Positions 1 to 14,784 of a DNA stretch of 64,000 nt are shown in pieces. The DNA comes from Octopus sinensis (lineage: Eukaryota), in contig NC_043012.1 in the NCBI RefSeq assembly GCF_006345805.1, forward strand, positions 40,238,001 to 40,302,000, given 5' to 3'. The first letter of the stretch is position 1. Every line of letters begins with the position of its first letter. The translations under genes were made by a program, and so were the position numbers. A model generated the notes under the pieces. The model was given only the letters and a program-made list of their open reading frames with translations, was not told where the DNA came from and did no database searches.

Positions 1-780
1 CCAACGCATATGTTTTAGTGAATCAACTCAGTCAAAACTTTTACAATATGTCCAACGACAGATGTTACACTGAACAAACTGACACCTGTCCGTTTTTTAT
101 CAGTCTCTGATAACAAGTGAAAGGTAAAATATTTCAGAAAATGTGTTTTCTGAAGGCAAGAGTAAGTTTTAATACTTATAACAAAATTGGATTTAAAGTG
201 GTTAATTATTTCAGTATACCAAATCTGAAAATTCTGACAAACAAAATATGCCACCGGATTCCGACAAACAACAGGTCTCATGGAGCAAGTTTGATGGCAG
301 CAAAAAAATTGATGGTCATGCAGCATCTCTCCTATTGTAGGTGACAAAAAACGTGAACGATGTTGTGTACCAGCCGTTTGCTATAGTTGGGCAGCTTCTC
401 AAGGAAGGCACTTGTCCAAACTCAAACACAGAAACGGACAAAACAGATTTAGACAGACGGACATTGGACAACACATCAAGACCTTCGAAACGGTCATACT
501 TTGATTCGGCATTGGAGACCAATGATGAAACTCAAAGAAGAAGACAGCAAACTGTGACGAAGGGAAAAGGAAAGAAAGCTTCATTGATTATCTAGTTGCA
601 GATTTGGTGAGTCTCATGCTTGCTGTTTTGTTATTTCTTATATAAGGTGTGTGTATGTATTACATATATATATGACTGGCTTCCGTGCTGGTGGCACGTT
701 AAAAGCACCAACCAATTGTGGCCACTGCCAGACTCCCCTGGTACCTGTGCCGGTGGCACGTAAAAAGCACTCACTACACT

Positions 781-2460
781 CGCGAGCAGCATCCAACAGC
801 GGTGAATCTGGCTGTTCATCTTGAAAATGGCCAGCATGTGTATTTTACAGAAGATACTGCCCAAAACCCCGCAGACAGCTTTCTTCAAGCTATGCCAGAT
901 TGACCTGTTTACAAGAACACTGCTGTATGTTGAGTTACCTGTCTACTACACCTGAGCACACAATAGAGGGAACAGGTGCAAGCAAGAACCACAAATTGAG
1001 GGCTAGGAAGGGAATCGTGTCTTCAGAACCGTGGCCATCAGGCAGATGTACACTGTGCATCTCAATCAGTAGGAGCGTATCTTTGTGTCTGCTGCTGCAC
1101 ACTGTCAGAGGTCCTACATCATTCACAAACCTGCGAAGGTACAATGAAGAGGTCAGTACGACCTACAGAGAAGCCTGTTCCAAACATGGGCGACTGGAGG
1201 ATGATAGCCACTGGCATCAGACACTGGGGGAGGCAGCAATTAGCAGAGTGCCAAGTCAACTGTGTTGAGAGACCCACAAAGAAAGCCTGGCTGAGGACAT
1301 CCTGCACAGGATTCAGAGACGGAGCTCAGCCGAAAATATCAACATCAATGATGCAATTTACAATGAGGCACTACTTGACATGGACACACAAGTCCAAGGA
1401 ATTGCCACTTTTGGCCTGATAGCAATTGAGTACATGCAGGAGATCAACTATGATACCGAACAAATGACAGCATATGTTACTGATAACAAGCAGTGACAGA
1501 TAGGGAACCAAAGGGATGCTTATAACTTGATTAAGGCGAAAGGGGAAGTCTATTTTTCCTGGATGCTCCGGGTGGAACTGACGAGGCATTTGTTATCAAC
1601 CTTCTATTTACTAAAATTCAACAAATGAAACAGATTTCCCTAACAGTGGCCTCAAGTGGAATAGCTGCCACCTGGCTAAATGGTGGCTGCACAGTCCATT
1701 TGTCATTCAGCTTCCCTTTGGACCTGTCCAAGAGAGAGAAGGCAGCCGGCAACATCAATCATGGCACAATAAAAGGTAAACTCTTGAGTGAGTGCAAGTT
1801 GATCATCTGGGATGAGGTAACAATGAGCCTAAGGGTGCCTTCAAGGCTCTTGACAGGGCACTGCAAGATCTGAGACACAACACAACTCACGAGAGGTGCA
1901 GTGGATGATCTGAACATCAAACTCCTGGATCAGCTTCCTGGTGAGCATTGCAGCTACAAGTCAGTTGACTCTGCTAAACTCCGATGAAGTTGTGAACTAT
2001 CCCACTGAATTTTTGAATAGCCTGGCACCAGCAAGCCTCCCACCTCGAGGTTGGTGCACCAGTCATGCTTTTAAGAAACCTGAATTTACCCAAGCTTCGC
2101 AATGGTACATGACTTACAATCAACAAGATGATGCCAAGAGTCTTAGAGTCAACCATTCTCACTGGCAAAGCAAGTGGTGAGGTTGTCTTCATACCACAAA
2201 TTCCTCTGATTCCTACAGACACCCCATTTGAGTTCAAGCGACTACAATTTCCTGTACAACTGAGTTTTGCAATGGCCATAAAGAAGGCCCAAGGACAGTC
2301 CTTGGACATGGTAGGCCTAAACCTTGCAGAACCTGTTCCCCACCCCCATGGCTAGCTGTATGAAGGATGCTCAAGCGTCGACAATCCAAATCATTTGTTT
2401 ATTTTATGCTCCAGAGGGCAACACCAAAAATGTAGTATGTCAAGAGGCTCTGCAAAATTG
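781..2460 (+). mobile_element. Degenerate Helitron Rep/helicase fragment (PIF1-like helicase), frameshifted and with stops
   Basis: Consecutive ORF fragments carry Helitron motifs: HPTAVNLAVHLENGQHVYF; LLLHTVRGPTSF..TYREAC..LEDDSHW; TVASSGIAAT..GG.TVH; CKLIIWDE; ILTGKASGEVVFIPQIPLIP..PFEFKRLQFPVQLSFAM.I.KAQGQSL. Confidence 0.9.
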
Positions 2461-3803
2461 ATAATAATCAACCATCAACCGTTTCATAGTTGCACATCAT
2501 CAATCCTCTCATTCTTCCAACCACCTACCAATTCCACTTTGATATTACCTGACCATTTCAATCAATCAATCTTATGATTCAACTGTATTACTTGCCAGTA
2601 TTTGTGAATCTATTCTATGTCACCGTGTATTTCTAAATCTATTTGTAATTTAAACAGGAACTGGAAACAACCCCCCAGTTTTCCAAGTATTACTGGGTAA
2701 TTCAGCTTTCTTGCTTGCATGCATGTTTGTGTGTTTATCTTCCACAACCACTTAACAACTGGTGTTGGTGTGTCTATGTCACGGTAACTTAGCAGTTCAG
2801 CAAAAGGAACCAATAGAATAAGAACAAAACTTTAAAATAAAAAAAAAGGACTGGAGCCAATCCATTCAACTAAAGTTCATCAAAACGGCGCTACAGTATG
2901 GCCACAGCCTAATGACTGAAACAAATGATATTAAAAAAAAAAACACCATAAACATATTCCAGCCATGACCAACCTGTCTATTCAGTCACTATATCTAGGA
3001 CTACATTATTTACAATATAATATAGTAATTAATATTAGTTGATGTAATTGCTGTTTATCCACAGGTCAGCCCTAATGTAGCAGATGAATGATCAAAGATA
3101 TTCCAGCCATGACCATCATGTCTTATTTTGTCATGAACTGCATCAATGTGTCCTTACTGTACTGAGATAGTAAGGGAGCAATTTGAGGGATATCTGGCTG
3201 CTATTTCTAGCCGGCGATGCAACCACATAGATATCCCCACATCATGTGGTGTTAGCCAGGATGTTATGATGTTGTTACCAAATTGACTTCCACAATTTTT
3301 GGGGTTCAAATCCTGCTCTGGTTGGTTTGGTAGTAATTAGTTTTAAATCTGCGGGTAAAAAAAAAAAAGAAATCAACAAAAGTGTCAGCTATACTCTGGT
3401 GTCAATGATTAGCAGGGAAAGGAGTCAGTCCCCTACATTGCTTCTACCTGGTTCTCAAGTACCTTTAGCAAGGACCAGGCCAACTCCCAGTTCCCTCCTT
3501 TCAGGGGGAAAAAAAATTACCCAATTCAAACATGTATTAGAAACCCTTTTTTGTCAAAAATTAGGTTAAAAAAATATGGGAGTTTCTTATACATGGACAG
3601 TATTATAACCCCTTACAAAACCATTTTTCCAAATCTTAAACCCCCAAAATTAGGGGGTTCCTTATACACATTAAAATACGGTGCATCCATCCAAACATGA
3701 AAGAAAGAAAGAGGAATGAGTAGAAGGGAAAGAGACGGGTGCTGAAGGAAGTCTGTTTAGTGAGGAATATTCCAAGGTTTGCAATCTTGGAATGCGAAGG
3801 TCT

Positions 3804-3991
3804 TCATTTGCTCTTGAGGATATTACCAAGGGCTGGAATTACCGTACTCTTTGTGCCAGTCACTGCTGTCGTGAGGGCGCCCCTGGCTGCATTTAACATT
3901 GCCGATGTGACCACTGGTTGCCGCACAAGAGCAGCTGGTGCCGCGGCAACACCCTGCGGCTGGGCATCCCACTTTGTCTTGCGTTTCTTCT
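3804..3991 (-). CDS. SAP30BP: SAP30BP last coding exon (KKRKTKWDAQPQG...ALGNILKSK*)
   Basis: Conserved KRK.KWD and C-terminus; acceptor AATTTCAG; stop TGA at 3806-3804. Confidence 0.95.
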
Positions 3992-6900
3992 CTGAAATTG
4001 GAAAGAAAGATTTTCTTTTTGAATTTGTAAAATTTAACAAGAATAATATAATGAAGTTGATGATGATGATGATGCTGAGTGAATGAATGATTATGGTATG
4101 TACAATGATGAGAAATATGATGATGATGACTGATAATGATAATGATGAGGATGATGAAGGCACAGGTGTGGTTGTGTGATGTTGATAATAATGATGACTA
4201 AAACTAAAGAGTTAAAACAAAATTGATGATGGTGGTGGTGGTGGTGGTGGTGGTGGTGGTGGTGCTGCTGGTAGAGGGGACAATGGTGATCAATGTAGAG
4301 CAACTTACCAACTGGTCCTTCTGTCGACAATTTCTTCGTCCCTGTTACAAACTCAATCTGAAATAATATATAAAAAGATGTCAACAATTTTCTGCCATAC
4401 ACTTTTCACAGACAGGAAGTAGCTGAGTCTAACTGAAAGAAACTAAACTACAGTTACTGGTAATCTTGTATCAAACATCACACAGCTCCTACTGCTACTA
4501 CTACTACTACTACTACATGCAACAACACAAAACTTAAAATCTCATAGCTTAGGTTAACCCAGACCTAGGCAACCTGTTCTGAGAGGCAGGCTACACTCCA
4601 AAAAAATTCAAAGTAATTTTTCATTGGAAGACCCGACAAATGAAATGAGTTCATGGCTCGCAGGACGGCCTGCTGTGCTAACCTTGAATCGTAGAGTGAC
4701 CCGCTGTGCTTGAGGAGACCTATTGATTCAAGTACGTCAACATCAACATCAAATGGAAATTGTAGTTATGATACCTGTGCCAGTGGCATGTAAAAAGCAC
4801 CATCCGAACGTGGCTGATGCCAGTGCCACCTGACTGGCGTCCGTGTTGGTGACATGTAAAAACCACCAACCGATCGTGGCCGTTTGCCAGCCTCCTCTGG
4901 CTCCAGAGTGGTTGGCGTTAGGAAGGGCATCCAGCTGTAGAAACACTGCCAGATCAGACTGGAGCCTGGCGCAGCATCCTGGCTTCCCAGACCCCGGTTG
5001 AACCGTCCAACCTATGCTAGCATGGAAAGCGGACGTTAAACGATGATGATGATGATGATGTACAAATCAAGAAGTTGCACAGACCACATGAGGCCTGCAG
5101 GTCAAAGTTTACCAATGACTAGTTGAACCATTTCACAGTTTTCCCCGATTGTAGTAAAACTAGAAACCTTTATTTCTACACTAAACTACATGAATATAAT
5201 GTCTTTATATAATGCCTTCCTGAGCTAGTTTTCCACCCCATTTCTTAAAAATCGTGGTAGAGGCCTTGGTCTCTGGACCACTGTCTAGAAACTGAAGTTG
5301 GGGGTAAGCAAGAGGATCTTCCCTGTAGAAAATCCAGCTCCAAAATAGTCTCATGATAGCAAAGGAGAATGGGCAGCAGCCAACCCAAAGGTTGGGGTGG
5401 GCTGCACCTGCCTACCTCGGTTCCTATGGCATTGAGGTAGATCCAGCTACCATTAACGGAGACAAAACCCAGATTTAAAACACTGGATCATGATGATGAT
5501 ATCAAGCCATTGGAACATGTTCAATACATAAACGTCTTGTGTTGATATTTTGAAATTTTTCTTTTATACACAGGGATATAAAATCAAATTTGGTAATCTT
5601 GAATCTTAGCTGTGTGTATGTGTGTGTGTATACACACACAAACAGGTGCGAGTGTGGTTGTGTGGTAAGAAGCTTGCTTCCCAACCACATGGTTCTGGGT
5701 TCAGTCCCACTGCATGGCACCTTGGGCAAGTGTCTTCTACTATAGCCTCAGACCAACCAAAGTGGATTTGGTAGGCAGAAACTGAAAGAAGCTTGTGGGT
5801 TTTGTTGGTGTGTATGTGTCATTACTGCTTGACAACCGTTGTTGGTGTGTTTACGTCCCTGTCACTTTGTAAGTTAACAGTCCAGTAAAAAAGGTCCGAT
5901 AGAATAAGTACCAGGCTTTAAAAAAATAAAATCAATTCATCCAACTAAAATCCTTCAAGGCAGTGCCCAAGCATGGCCACAGCCAAATAACTGAAACAAG
6001 TAAATGATAAAAGCTACACACCACACAGGGTGAGAAGGTGGGGAGCTGGAGACTGAGCCTGATTCACGTTTAGGAAAACTCTTTAGAGAATACCATTCTG
6101 ATAGAGCAACATGTTTAATCTTGAGGATACACACTCCAGAAACGTCTGTAATACCAGGGGTACACAACAGTCCAGGAACGTGTACCATTAGGAGTACGCA
6201 GCCCCAAGAACACATGTGACGATAGACGTAAAAGACAACAGAGACACGTCTGGGTTACTTACTTTGGTTCTTTCTTTGCGTTCTTTCTCTCGTTTCTCCA
6301 TGTCCAGTTTCTGCATTTTATCTGGAAACAAATGGAATTCAAATGATATTTATATCATTACTATTATTATTATTATTACTAGTAGAGTAATCCCTCACCA
6401 TATCGCAGTTCACCTATCACACACTCAGTACATTGTGGATTTTTCTGGCTAATATGTGTAAATTTAGACTGCAGACTCCTCAGTACATCGCGGGGGTTTC
6501 TGCGACTGACAAATATACATATTTAGACTTTAATTATTTCTGTGGAAGGTTTTTGGAACATAACACCCACGACAGTCAAGGGATTACTGAAATAGTAGTA
6601 GGGGATAAAGTAATAAAAGTAAACCAAGAAAGAAAGGAAAATTAGCATGGCAGTGTGGTTAAGTAGTTCACTAAGCAACCCTGTGGTTCCAGGTTCGATT
6701 CTGCTGTACAGTACCCCAGGTTAGTGTCTTCTACCATAGTTTATGCTAACCAATGTCTTTTATGTGAAAAATGCAGAAGCCCTTCAATCTATAAACACAA
6801 CACAGAGTAATTCAAAATGAATAGTCCACTGTTACAGGGTGCACCTACCTCAGTATGCTGTCCATTTGGTTGTTGGCCCAAGTGGGAGATTAGGTACCCT

Positions 6901-9900
6901 GACTTCATTATGCAGCAAGACAGGGCCCTGCCACATTGGCATAGACCCAGACACGATTACCTCAACCAGCATCTTCTAGAATGCTGAATTGGCTACGCAG
7001 GGGTGAATGATTAACTATTGATGATCTACCCCCACACACATACACATACAGACATTTCCCTGACACAACACCCAGCAACTTTTTCTTTTGGGGGGTATCA
7101 GCAAGAGAAGCTGTTCGTACCTTCATTTCCACAAGGCTTACAACAATTAAAGCAGTGGACAGGTGACACAGTCAAATCAATAGATCAGGATACAACTGGC
7201 ATTGGGTGTGACAAAGGGTGCACACCTGACACAATGCGCTGTCAGGAATCAAACTCACAACCTATCGATTATGAGCCAAATATCTTTACCGCTAGGCCAA
7301 GTGGTAATAGGAAAGCAGGTGAAATACACACACATTAGTAGTAGTAGTAAAGAGACAGAAATGTTTGAGCTCTTACCTAAGGAATCATACAAAGAGTCGG
7401 AACCCCAGACTAAAGGATCAAATATTTCCTGAAAAATATAAAATGAAAATGTGAAATTTTGACCCCAAAAAATTTTTTGATTAAAAAATCAAAGGAAAGC
7501 TTCAAAATTTAATTTATTTTGTCAGAAAATCATATTTAACCCTTTTGTTACCGTATTTATTTTGAGATGCTCTGTGTTTCTTTCAATTAATTCTGAATAT
7601 AACAAAGAATTTAGTAAAATAACTTTGTTATCATTAAACTAGTGTTAGGAACATAAATTGCAACTAAGGTTTGGTGGAAGATTTTAATTCAAAACTTTTG
7701 AAAACAAGACATTTGTACTAACAGAGCCAGAGATGGTTTCAGCTGGGTTTTGGTAATGAAAGGGTTAAACCAGTAGAAATAACTTATTGTGTGGTCAGGA
7801 CATTTGCTTCCCAACCCCAGGGTTTCTGGTTCAGGTCCATTGTGTAGCAACAATGGTCAGAATGTCTCTGATGACCATAGGTCAGCTGTATTAGGACTAC
7901 AACCCAACAAACAACACCTACCACCCCCACAAGCTAACAGAAGAAACTAAAGGTAAAGTAAGAAGATAAAAGATATATAAACAAGGTAGGAATCAATCCA
8001 AGACTTACAGGTGGGTAATTTGTGCCTTTCTCATTAATTTGACAGAATTCAATTAATTTTTCATAAATACTGCAAATAGATTGGAAATAATTTACATATT
8101 ACTGTTAGAATAATACAGGCAGAAAATTAGAGATATATGTCAAATAAACAGTTCATATATCTATGAAAAAGTATAGAAGCTTATATCTCGACATCATATA
8201 GAGTACCTCAGCAGTTAAAAAAGCATATGTAGAGGACCAGGACATACATACACATTACATATAGTATCTCAATAGCTAAAGAGTACCCTAGTGAATACAC
8301 ACACATTATTTACAATATATGTACACAGCATCCCAAAAGTTACACAGACATACAGAAACAATACCACTAGGTGTCTCAGACACATTACATTGAGTAATTT
8401 CAAACCAAAATGCATCTGTACATATATCCAGGAGACACAATGGAAAAAAAAATTATAAAAATAAGGTTACTGAAATACAAACAACAACAGTAATAATAAT
8501 AATAATAATGTCCTCATACCTTGGATTTCGAAAACCCTTCCGTTTCTGAATGCTTAGACTTAAATTACAACCTTCTTGCTTCATTTTGTTATAGTGATGG
8601 GCTATTTTCTCCTGAAACAAATAATAATAATAATCATCTTTTCTACTTAAAACACAAGGCCTGAAATTTTGAGGGAGGGGACTAGTAGATTACATCAGCC
8701 CCAGTATACAACTGGTACTTATTTTATCGACCCTGAAAGGATGAAAGATAAAGTTGACCATGGAGGAATTTCAACTCAGAACATAGAGACGGACGAAATG
8801 CTTTCGCCCCATGTGGTAATGATTCTGCCAGCTCGCCACCTTAATAATAATAATGATAATCCTTTCTACAATAGACACAAGGCCTGAAATCTTGGGGGAG
8901 GGGGACAGTGTTTCACTGTAACTTAATTTATCAACCCCGGAAGGATGAAAGGCTAAGTCGACCTCAGCAGAATTTGAACTCAGAACGCAGCAACAGGCGA
9001 AATACAATTAAGCATTTCATCCAGTGTGCTAATGATTTTGCCAGCTCACTGCTTTAAATAACAATATTACTAATAATGTGGAGGCGCAATGGCCTAGTGG
9101 TTAGGGCAGCGGACTCGCGGTCGCAGGATCGCGGTTTCGATTCCCAGACCAGGCGTTGTGAGTGTTTATTGAGCGAAAACACCTAAAAGCTCCACGAGGC
9201 TCCGGCAGGGGGTGGTGATCCCTGCTGTACTCTTTCACCACTCTTTCTTCTGTTGGCCTGCTCGCTTAGCCAGCGGGGTGGCGTCGTTCGAAGGCTAAAA
9301 CAATGCGAACGCATTGTGGCCAGCGATGTGTAACAATATCTGATGGTCTGGTCGGTCACGTGATCACGTGATTACTAATAATAATAATGATCCTTTCTAC
9401 ACAAGGCACAAGGCCTCAAATTTGGGGGAGGGGGACAATTGATTACATCGACACCAGGATTTCATTGGTACTTAATTTATCAACTCTGAAAGGCTGCAAG
9501 TTGACCTTGGTGGAACTTGAACTCAGAATGTAACGACAGGCAAAATACTGCTAAGCATTTTGCCCCACGTGCTAACGATTCAGCCAGCTCGTTACCTTAA
9601 TAACAACAACTATAATAGTCAATCCTTTAAAATATAATAATAATAATAATAATAATGGTGATGATGAATTTATTTTAAGACAGGGAACAAGGTCCTAACC
9701 TCTTGAGGAGGAAGGAGTAGTCAAATGAATCAACCCCTGTCCTTAACTAGCACTTTCTTCTAAAGACCCCAGAAAAATAAAAGGCTTAGGTTAACTTGGC
9801 AGGGATTTCAACTCGACATAAAGAATCGTAACCACTGGCTTCATAATACATCCATTGCTCTAACAACAACAACAACACTTTCTAATTTTGGCACAAGGTC

Positions 9901-12900
9901 AGCAATGGTACTGCAGAGGGTGTTGATTCCATTGATGCCTGTACTTGCTTGGTACTTATTTTATCAACCCCAAAAGCATAAAATATATTGTCAACCATAG
10001 CAGAATTTGGATGTTAGGACCAGGGCCTGCCTCGGGAAGGTTAATAGGAAAATAGTGAAATCTGTTAAGGCTGTCAGCGTTCTATAATTTTTCAGTCATA
10101 GTATACCTAGGACTAAAGGGAAGGGAGGAAGAAATTGAAGGGAGGTAAAGAACAAATGAAAGAGAGAAAATAAAAAGTGAAGGAATCATGAATGATTGAA
10201 AAGCAAGGTGTGCTTACCTGTAAAGCTCGAGAACATCGACCAGGTGGTTCTGGTGGGAGTTGTATCTCATCAGCAGCCATGTTTTGTACACTTCGAGATA
10301 AAGAAGCTGATGAAGAGAAGCGTAATCAGATATGAAACATTGAAGAATATGAGAGAGAGAGAGAGAAAGGGAGAGAGATTTAACCCTTTAGCATTTAAAC
10401 TGGCCATATCTGGCCCAAATATTCTACCGTTTTAGGTTGAAACTGACCAGATCCAGCCTCTCACACTTACCCTACAATGTCACTCTAAAAATACACAATC
10501 ACATCAAAATCTAACAGCTTATGAGATTATGTTTAATTCAGAACAATGTGAATAAATAAGCATTAAATCTAACAGAATAATCTGAATGCTGGGGTCAAAT
10601 AGGCCCTGTCTGACCCAAATATTCTACAATCCAGATCTGGCCCTCCCACCTATCAACAATGTCATTCTAAAAATAAACAATCACGCCATTGAAACGTTGA
10701 AGCTATGAGATGATGCACGATTAATTTCAAACAATGAAAATGAATAAGCATTACACTTGTCAAAGTAATTTGCATGCTAAAAGGTTAATCAATAAAAGAG
10801 AAGTTAATTAAGGGAGAAGTGATGTAATGAATGATGGATATAAAAAAAAAATTCTTGATGAATTTTCTAACTTTTTAATGGGAAGAAGAAAAAGAAACCT
10901 CGCGATAAGTTGTTGCGGACTTTAAAAGAGGAAATAATTCCAAGAATTTAAGAATTAATCACTGAAAATTAAAATGTTTCAAAGCCGGATTGTTGTTTTC
11001 AGCCAAGGGAGGCAACTATAGACATGTTTTAGTCTAGTTAACCTCATCAATTTGACCTGGTTCACTCATGCTCTATCAAGACATGTTATAATTGTGCAAT
11101 CAGATAGGAATCTACCGATTTAAGAGATGAGTGGTGCTCAAAGGTGGGCAATTTTCATTGATGAATCACAAGCCAATTATAATGGAATGTTTTGTTAATG
11201 TCAAAAACAACAACAATATTGCTTTCATGAAATTTAGTCCAAAGGTATTTAATGAAAGAGAGGAGGTCTTCAGTGGACTCTGGCTCAATGGATGCCATAT
11301 TGGACATTGCTGAGAAGAAGCAGAAAGATACAAGATGTTGGAAGATGTTGCAGTTAATGGCCATCTCCATTAGTTGAGAGATATTTGGATTGTGTGAAAG
11401 GGTGATCAGGGTTGCCAAAACTTGACGATGGAATGGTGATTGTTACGAGGCTTTTGATCTGTTAACTTTTAATCATTCAAGTTTGAAACATCCCACCCAA
11501 CTACCTCAGCCAATGCAAAAATCTCTATCTACCCCCAATATCCTACAGTTTGGGCCAATTTAGATCTTTGTCCAAGGGGGCATTCAGAGAAACAGAAGAC
11601 AAGGGATAAAATCTTCAAGACCAAATTTAAAAGTAAATATTTCCTGGAGCACTTTTAACAGTTGATAATTAACTTTGGTAGTTTGATAGGGTTTAACGAA
11701 TGAGAGATATTACCTAACGAGCAACATTTCTACAGCATCTGTTGAATAGTATTTCTGACAACTAAGTGAACTGGTGTACTAAAGTGTCAGACACATCTGA
11801 AATAACAATGGGGAAGGGGTGCCTCTACACAGCTGTTTTACTTGCTAGAAATATCAGCTAAATCTCACTCAAATTATAAACCACCAGCTTGATCCTTTTA
11901 ATACCAATGCATTTGTAATAGTATTCATATTAATATTTTTTTTACATGTAAGTTATGAGATTTCAGTTGGTGACTATCAAATTTATACAGCAACACGTCA
12001 TGATTTAATCTAGGTTCAAAAATAATAACATAATCCAGCAATATATAACAAACTAACAAGGACATATCCATACAGTCACTTAATCCGTTAAGTCATCATC
12101 ATCAGTTCATCTCTGCTTTCCATGCTGGCATGGGTCGGACAAATCATCACAGACTGAGGCATTTTTATTGGGTGGCACATGGTTGGTTTCTATGGCTGGA
12201 TGCCCTCCCTAGGGTCAACCTCTTTACAGAAGTGTACTGGAAACATTTTAATATGGCACCAGCACACGAAGGGTTGGCAAGTACTGAGAGAGACAACTAC
12301 AGGAACCCTCACAACTCTACAATCTCAGAAGTATAGGAAGGACACATGAGATAGTGTAGTCTTGTCTGTACCAAACAATGGAATGGTCATGGTAGGAAAG
12401 CTTTTCATTGTAGATCTATCAGTGCTAAAGAACTACTAATACATAAAGTTGGAAATATTTTACCAAATCCTCTAGAAATATAGCCTCAGCAAGAGGGGGG
12501 GAAAAAAAGGAAGAATGGAATAAATAATGGAGCGCTAAGAATTCAATCTCTGAAAAATGACTGGATGATCATGGTTGGCAGGTTTCTGATAGTTCCAGCA
12601 GATCAAGGATGACTGGCTAAACAGAAAAGTGAGTGATATACTTACAGGCTTGTTCTGGTTTCAATATAGAATCTTTATCTTGACTCACCTACAAAGACAG
12701 AAAAAAAAATAAAGCAATGTGAAAAAGTGTAAGCTTAACAACCATGATATATTTCAAGCACAGAAGTTCATCATTGGAAAGAAACAAGAAATATCAGTCT
12801 CTTCTGGCCAGAACTGAAATACATAAAGGTTATTAACCCTTCAGCATTTAAACTGACCACATCTGGCCAAAACATTCAATCTGTGTAATGTTCAAACAAA

Positions 12901-14739
12901 CCAGATTCAACTTCTCGCACCTACCCTACAATGTCATTCTAAAAATAATCATATCATCGAATCCTTGAAGCCATAAGATAAAATACATGATTAATTGAAA
13001 ACAATGGAATAAAAATGAAAGCACAGCCGACAGGTTAAGAAGTTTGCTCCCCAATCATCTGGTTTTAAGTTCCATCCCACTGCATGGCACTGGGGTCGTG
13101 TGGAATTTGCTACACATGTAACATGGTGTGGAATTTGGAAGATGGAAAGGATATGGAAGCATTTCTCATCATCATCATTTAGCGTCTGCTTTCCATGCTG
13201 GCATAGGTGAGACAGGGCCTGGCCAACTCAAATTACATTGCGGGCCACTTTATTCAAAGTAAGTTTTTGGGGGGGTTCGCTTGTAAACTGACAGAATTGA
13301 AAGCATTTTGCTTTCTCATGCTATTATTACAATAATGAATGAATGATCGTTGATTCAACATCAAATATCATCATTGGAAAAACAGTAGAATCTTTCTTTC
13401 TTTTTTACTTTTCATTACAATCTTTAATTTTTGATAAGTTTTTAAAAATGTTTGTTTAAATAAACCCATTTCAAGAAAGTATCAAACAGGCCGCAAGATA
13501 AAAGCCTGCAGGCCACATGCGGCCTGCGGGCCTGAGGTTGGCCAGCCCTGGGTTAGACAGTTTGACTGGAAATGGTAAACTGGAGAGCAGCACCAGGTTC
13601 CAGTATGATTTGACATGGTTTCTTTAGTTGGAAGCCCTTCCTAATGCCAACCACTCCAAGAGTGTAATGGGTGCTTATTACATCCCACTGGCACAGGTGC
13701 GTTTATGTGCCACCGGCATGGGTGTTAGTTGACACTGGCATCAGCCGTGATTATGATTTCATTTGGCTTGACCGAAGGTCCTGGTCACTTGTCATCACCT
13801 CATCATATATGTGTGTTTACAGGTGTAAAATGAATGTGATGTTTTAGGCCAACATGTAACTTAATGACTCAATAAAGTAACTGAAACCTTTGATGATGGT
13901 GCCCCAGCATGGCCACAATCCAAAGACTAAAACCAGTAAAAGAGAGTAACAACAACTACAATATCCAAAATGTGAAACTAAGAAAATAACTTACGACAAG
14001 GAACTTCTCAGGATCAGGGTCGACATCACTATCTTCCTTCTCCGATTCACTTTTATCTTCAAAATCATTGCCATAGGACACTAAACGAGCTGCAAAAAAC
14101 AAGGAGAACACACGTCACTGAATGTGGAAATGGTAAAGTTCTGTGAGTCACAACAACAACAAGAACAATTCATTGAAAAATCAGAGATGCAGAACTAATT
14201 AGGGTTCCACAGACCTCTGAAACCATTTCCATACAGAGCAACCCACCTGCGTGTGCTCCAGTTTCTACGATAGATAATTCCTGTTTTAAAGTCAATTGAA
14301 GTCTTTGGAGTAAAATTTTATGCTAATTTATATTCCAAACACCAGATTATTAACGACTAAGTTACTTTACTGAATTCTTCCATTATGTTCAAAATCCATA
14401 GCAATGTACCCCAACAGAACTATGGTAACAAAAGGGTTTGTTTACATCTGCCCCCTAGTTTTAACTTTCTCACTTTAAAAACCTTAACTCAAGCAAACCT
14501 TAGTCTTGTGTGTCTGTCTGTATGTATCTTTTTCTGTTTTTACTTGTTTCGGCCATGCTGGGGCACCACCTTGAACAAATTTTTTTAGCTAAGTGAATCG
14601 ACCTCAGTATTTTTTTTTTCTCTGTTAAGTCTGGTACTTATTCTATCGACCTCTTTTGCCAAACTGCTAAGTTACAGGGACATAAACACACCACCACCAG
14701 CTGGCAAGTGGTGATGAGGGGACAAACACAGACATAAAT

Positions 14740-14784
<45 letters not shown>

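Noticed and set aside
9078-9150. tRNA-like sequences here and at about 18049, 60255-60329 and 61445-61515
   Set aside because: A/B boxes are present but no complete cloverleaf could be built, and the sequences run on into repeat bodies; these are SINE-type heads, not tRNA genes
11155-11418. 87-aa minus-strand ORF inside SAP30BP intron 3
   Set aside because: No recognisable homology, not needed for the SAP30BP frame, and no clear flanking splice sites
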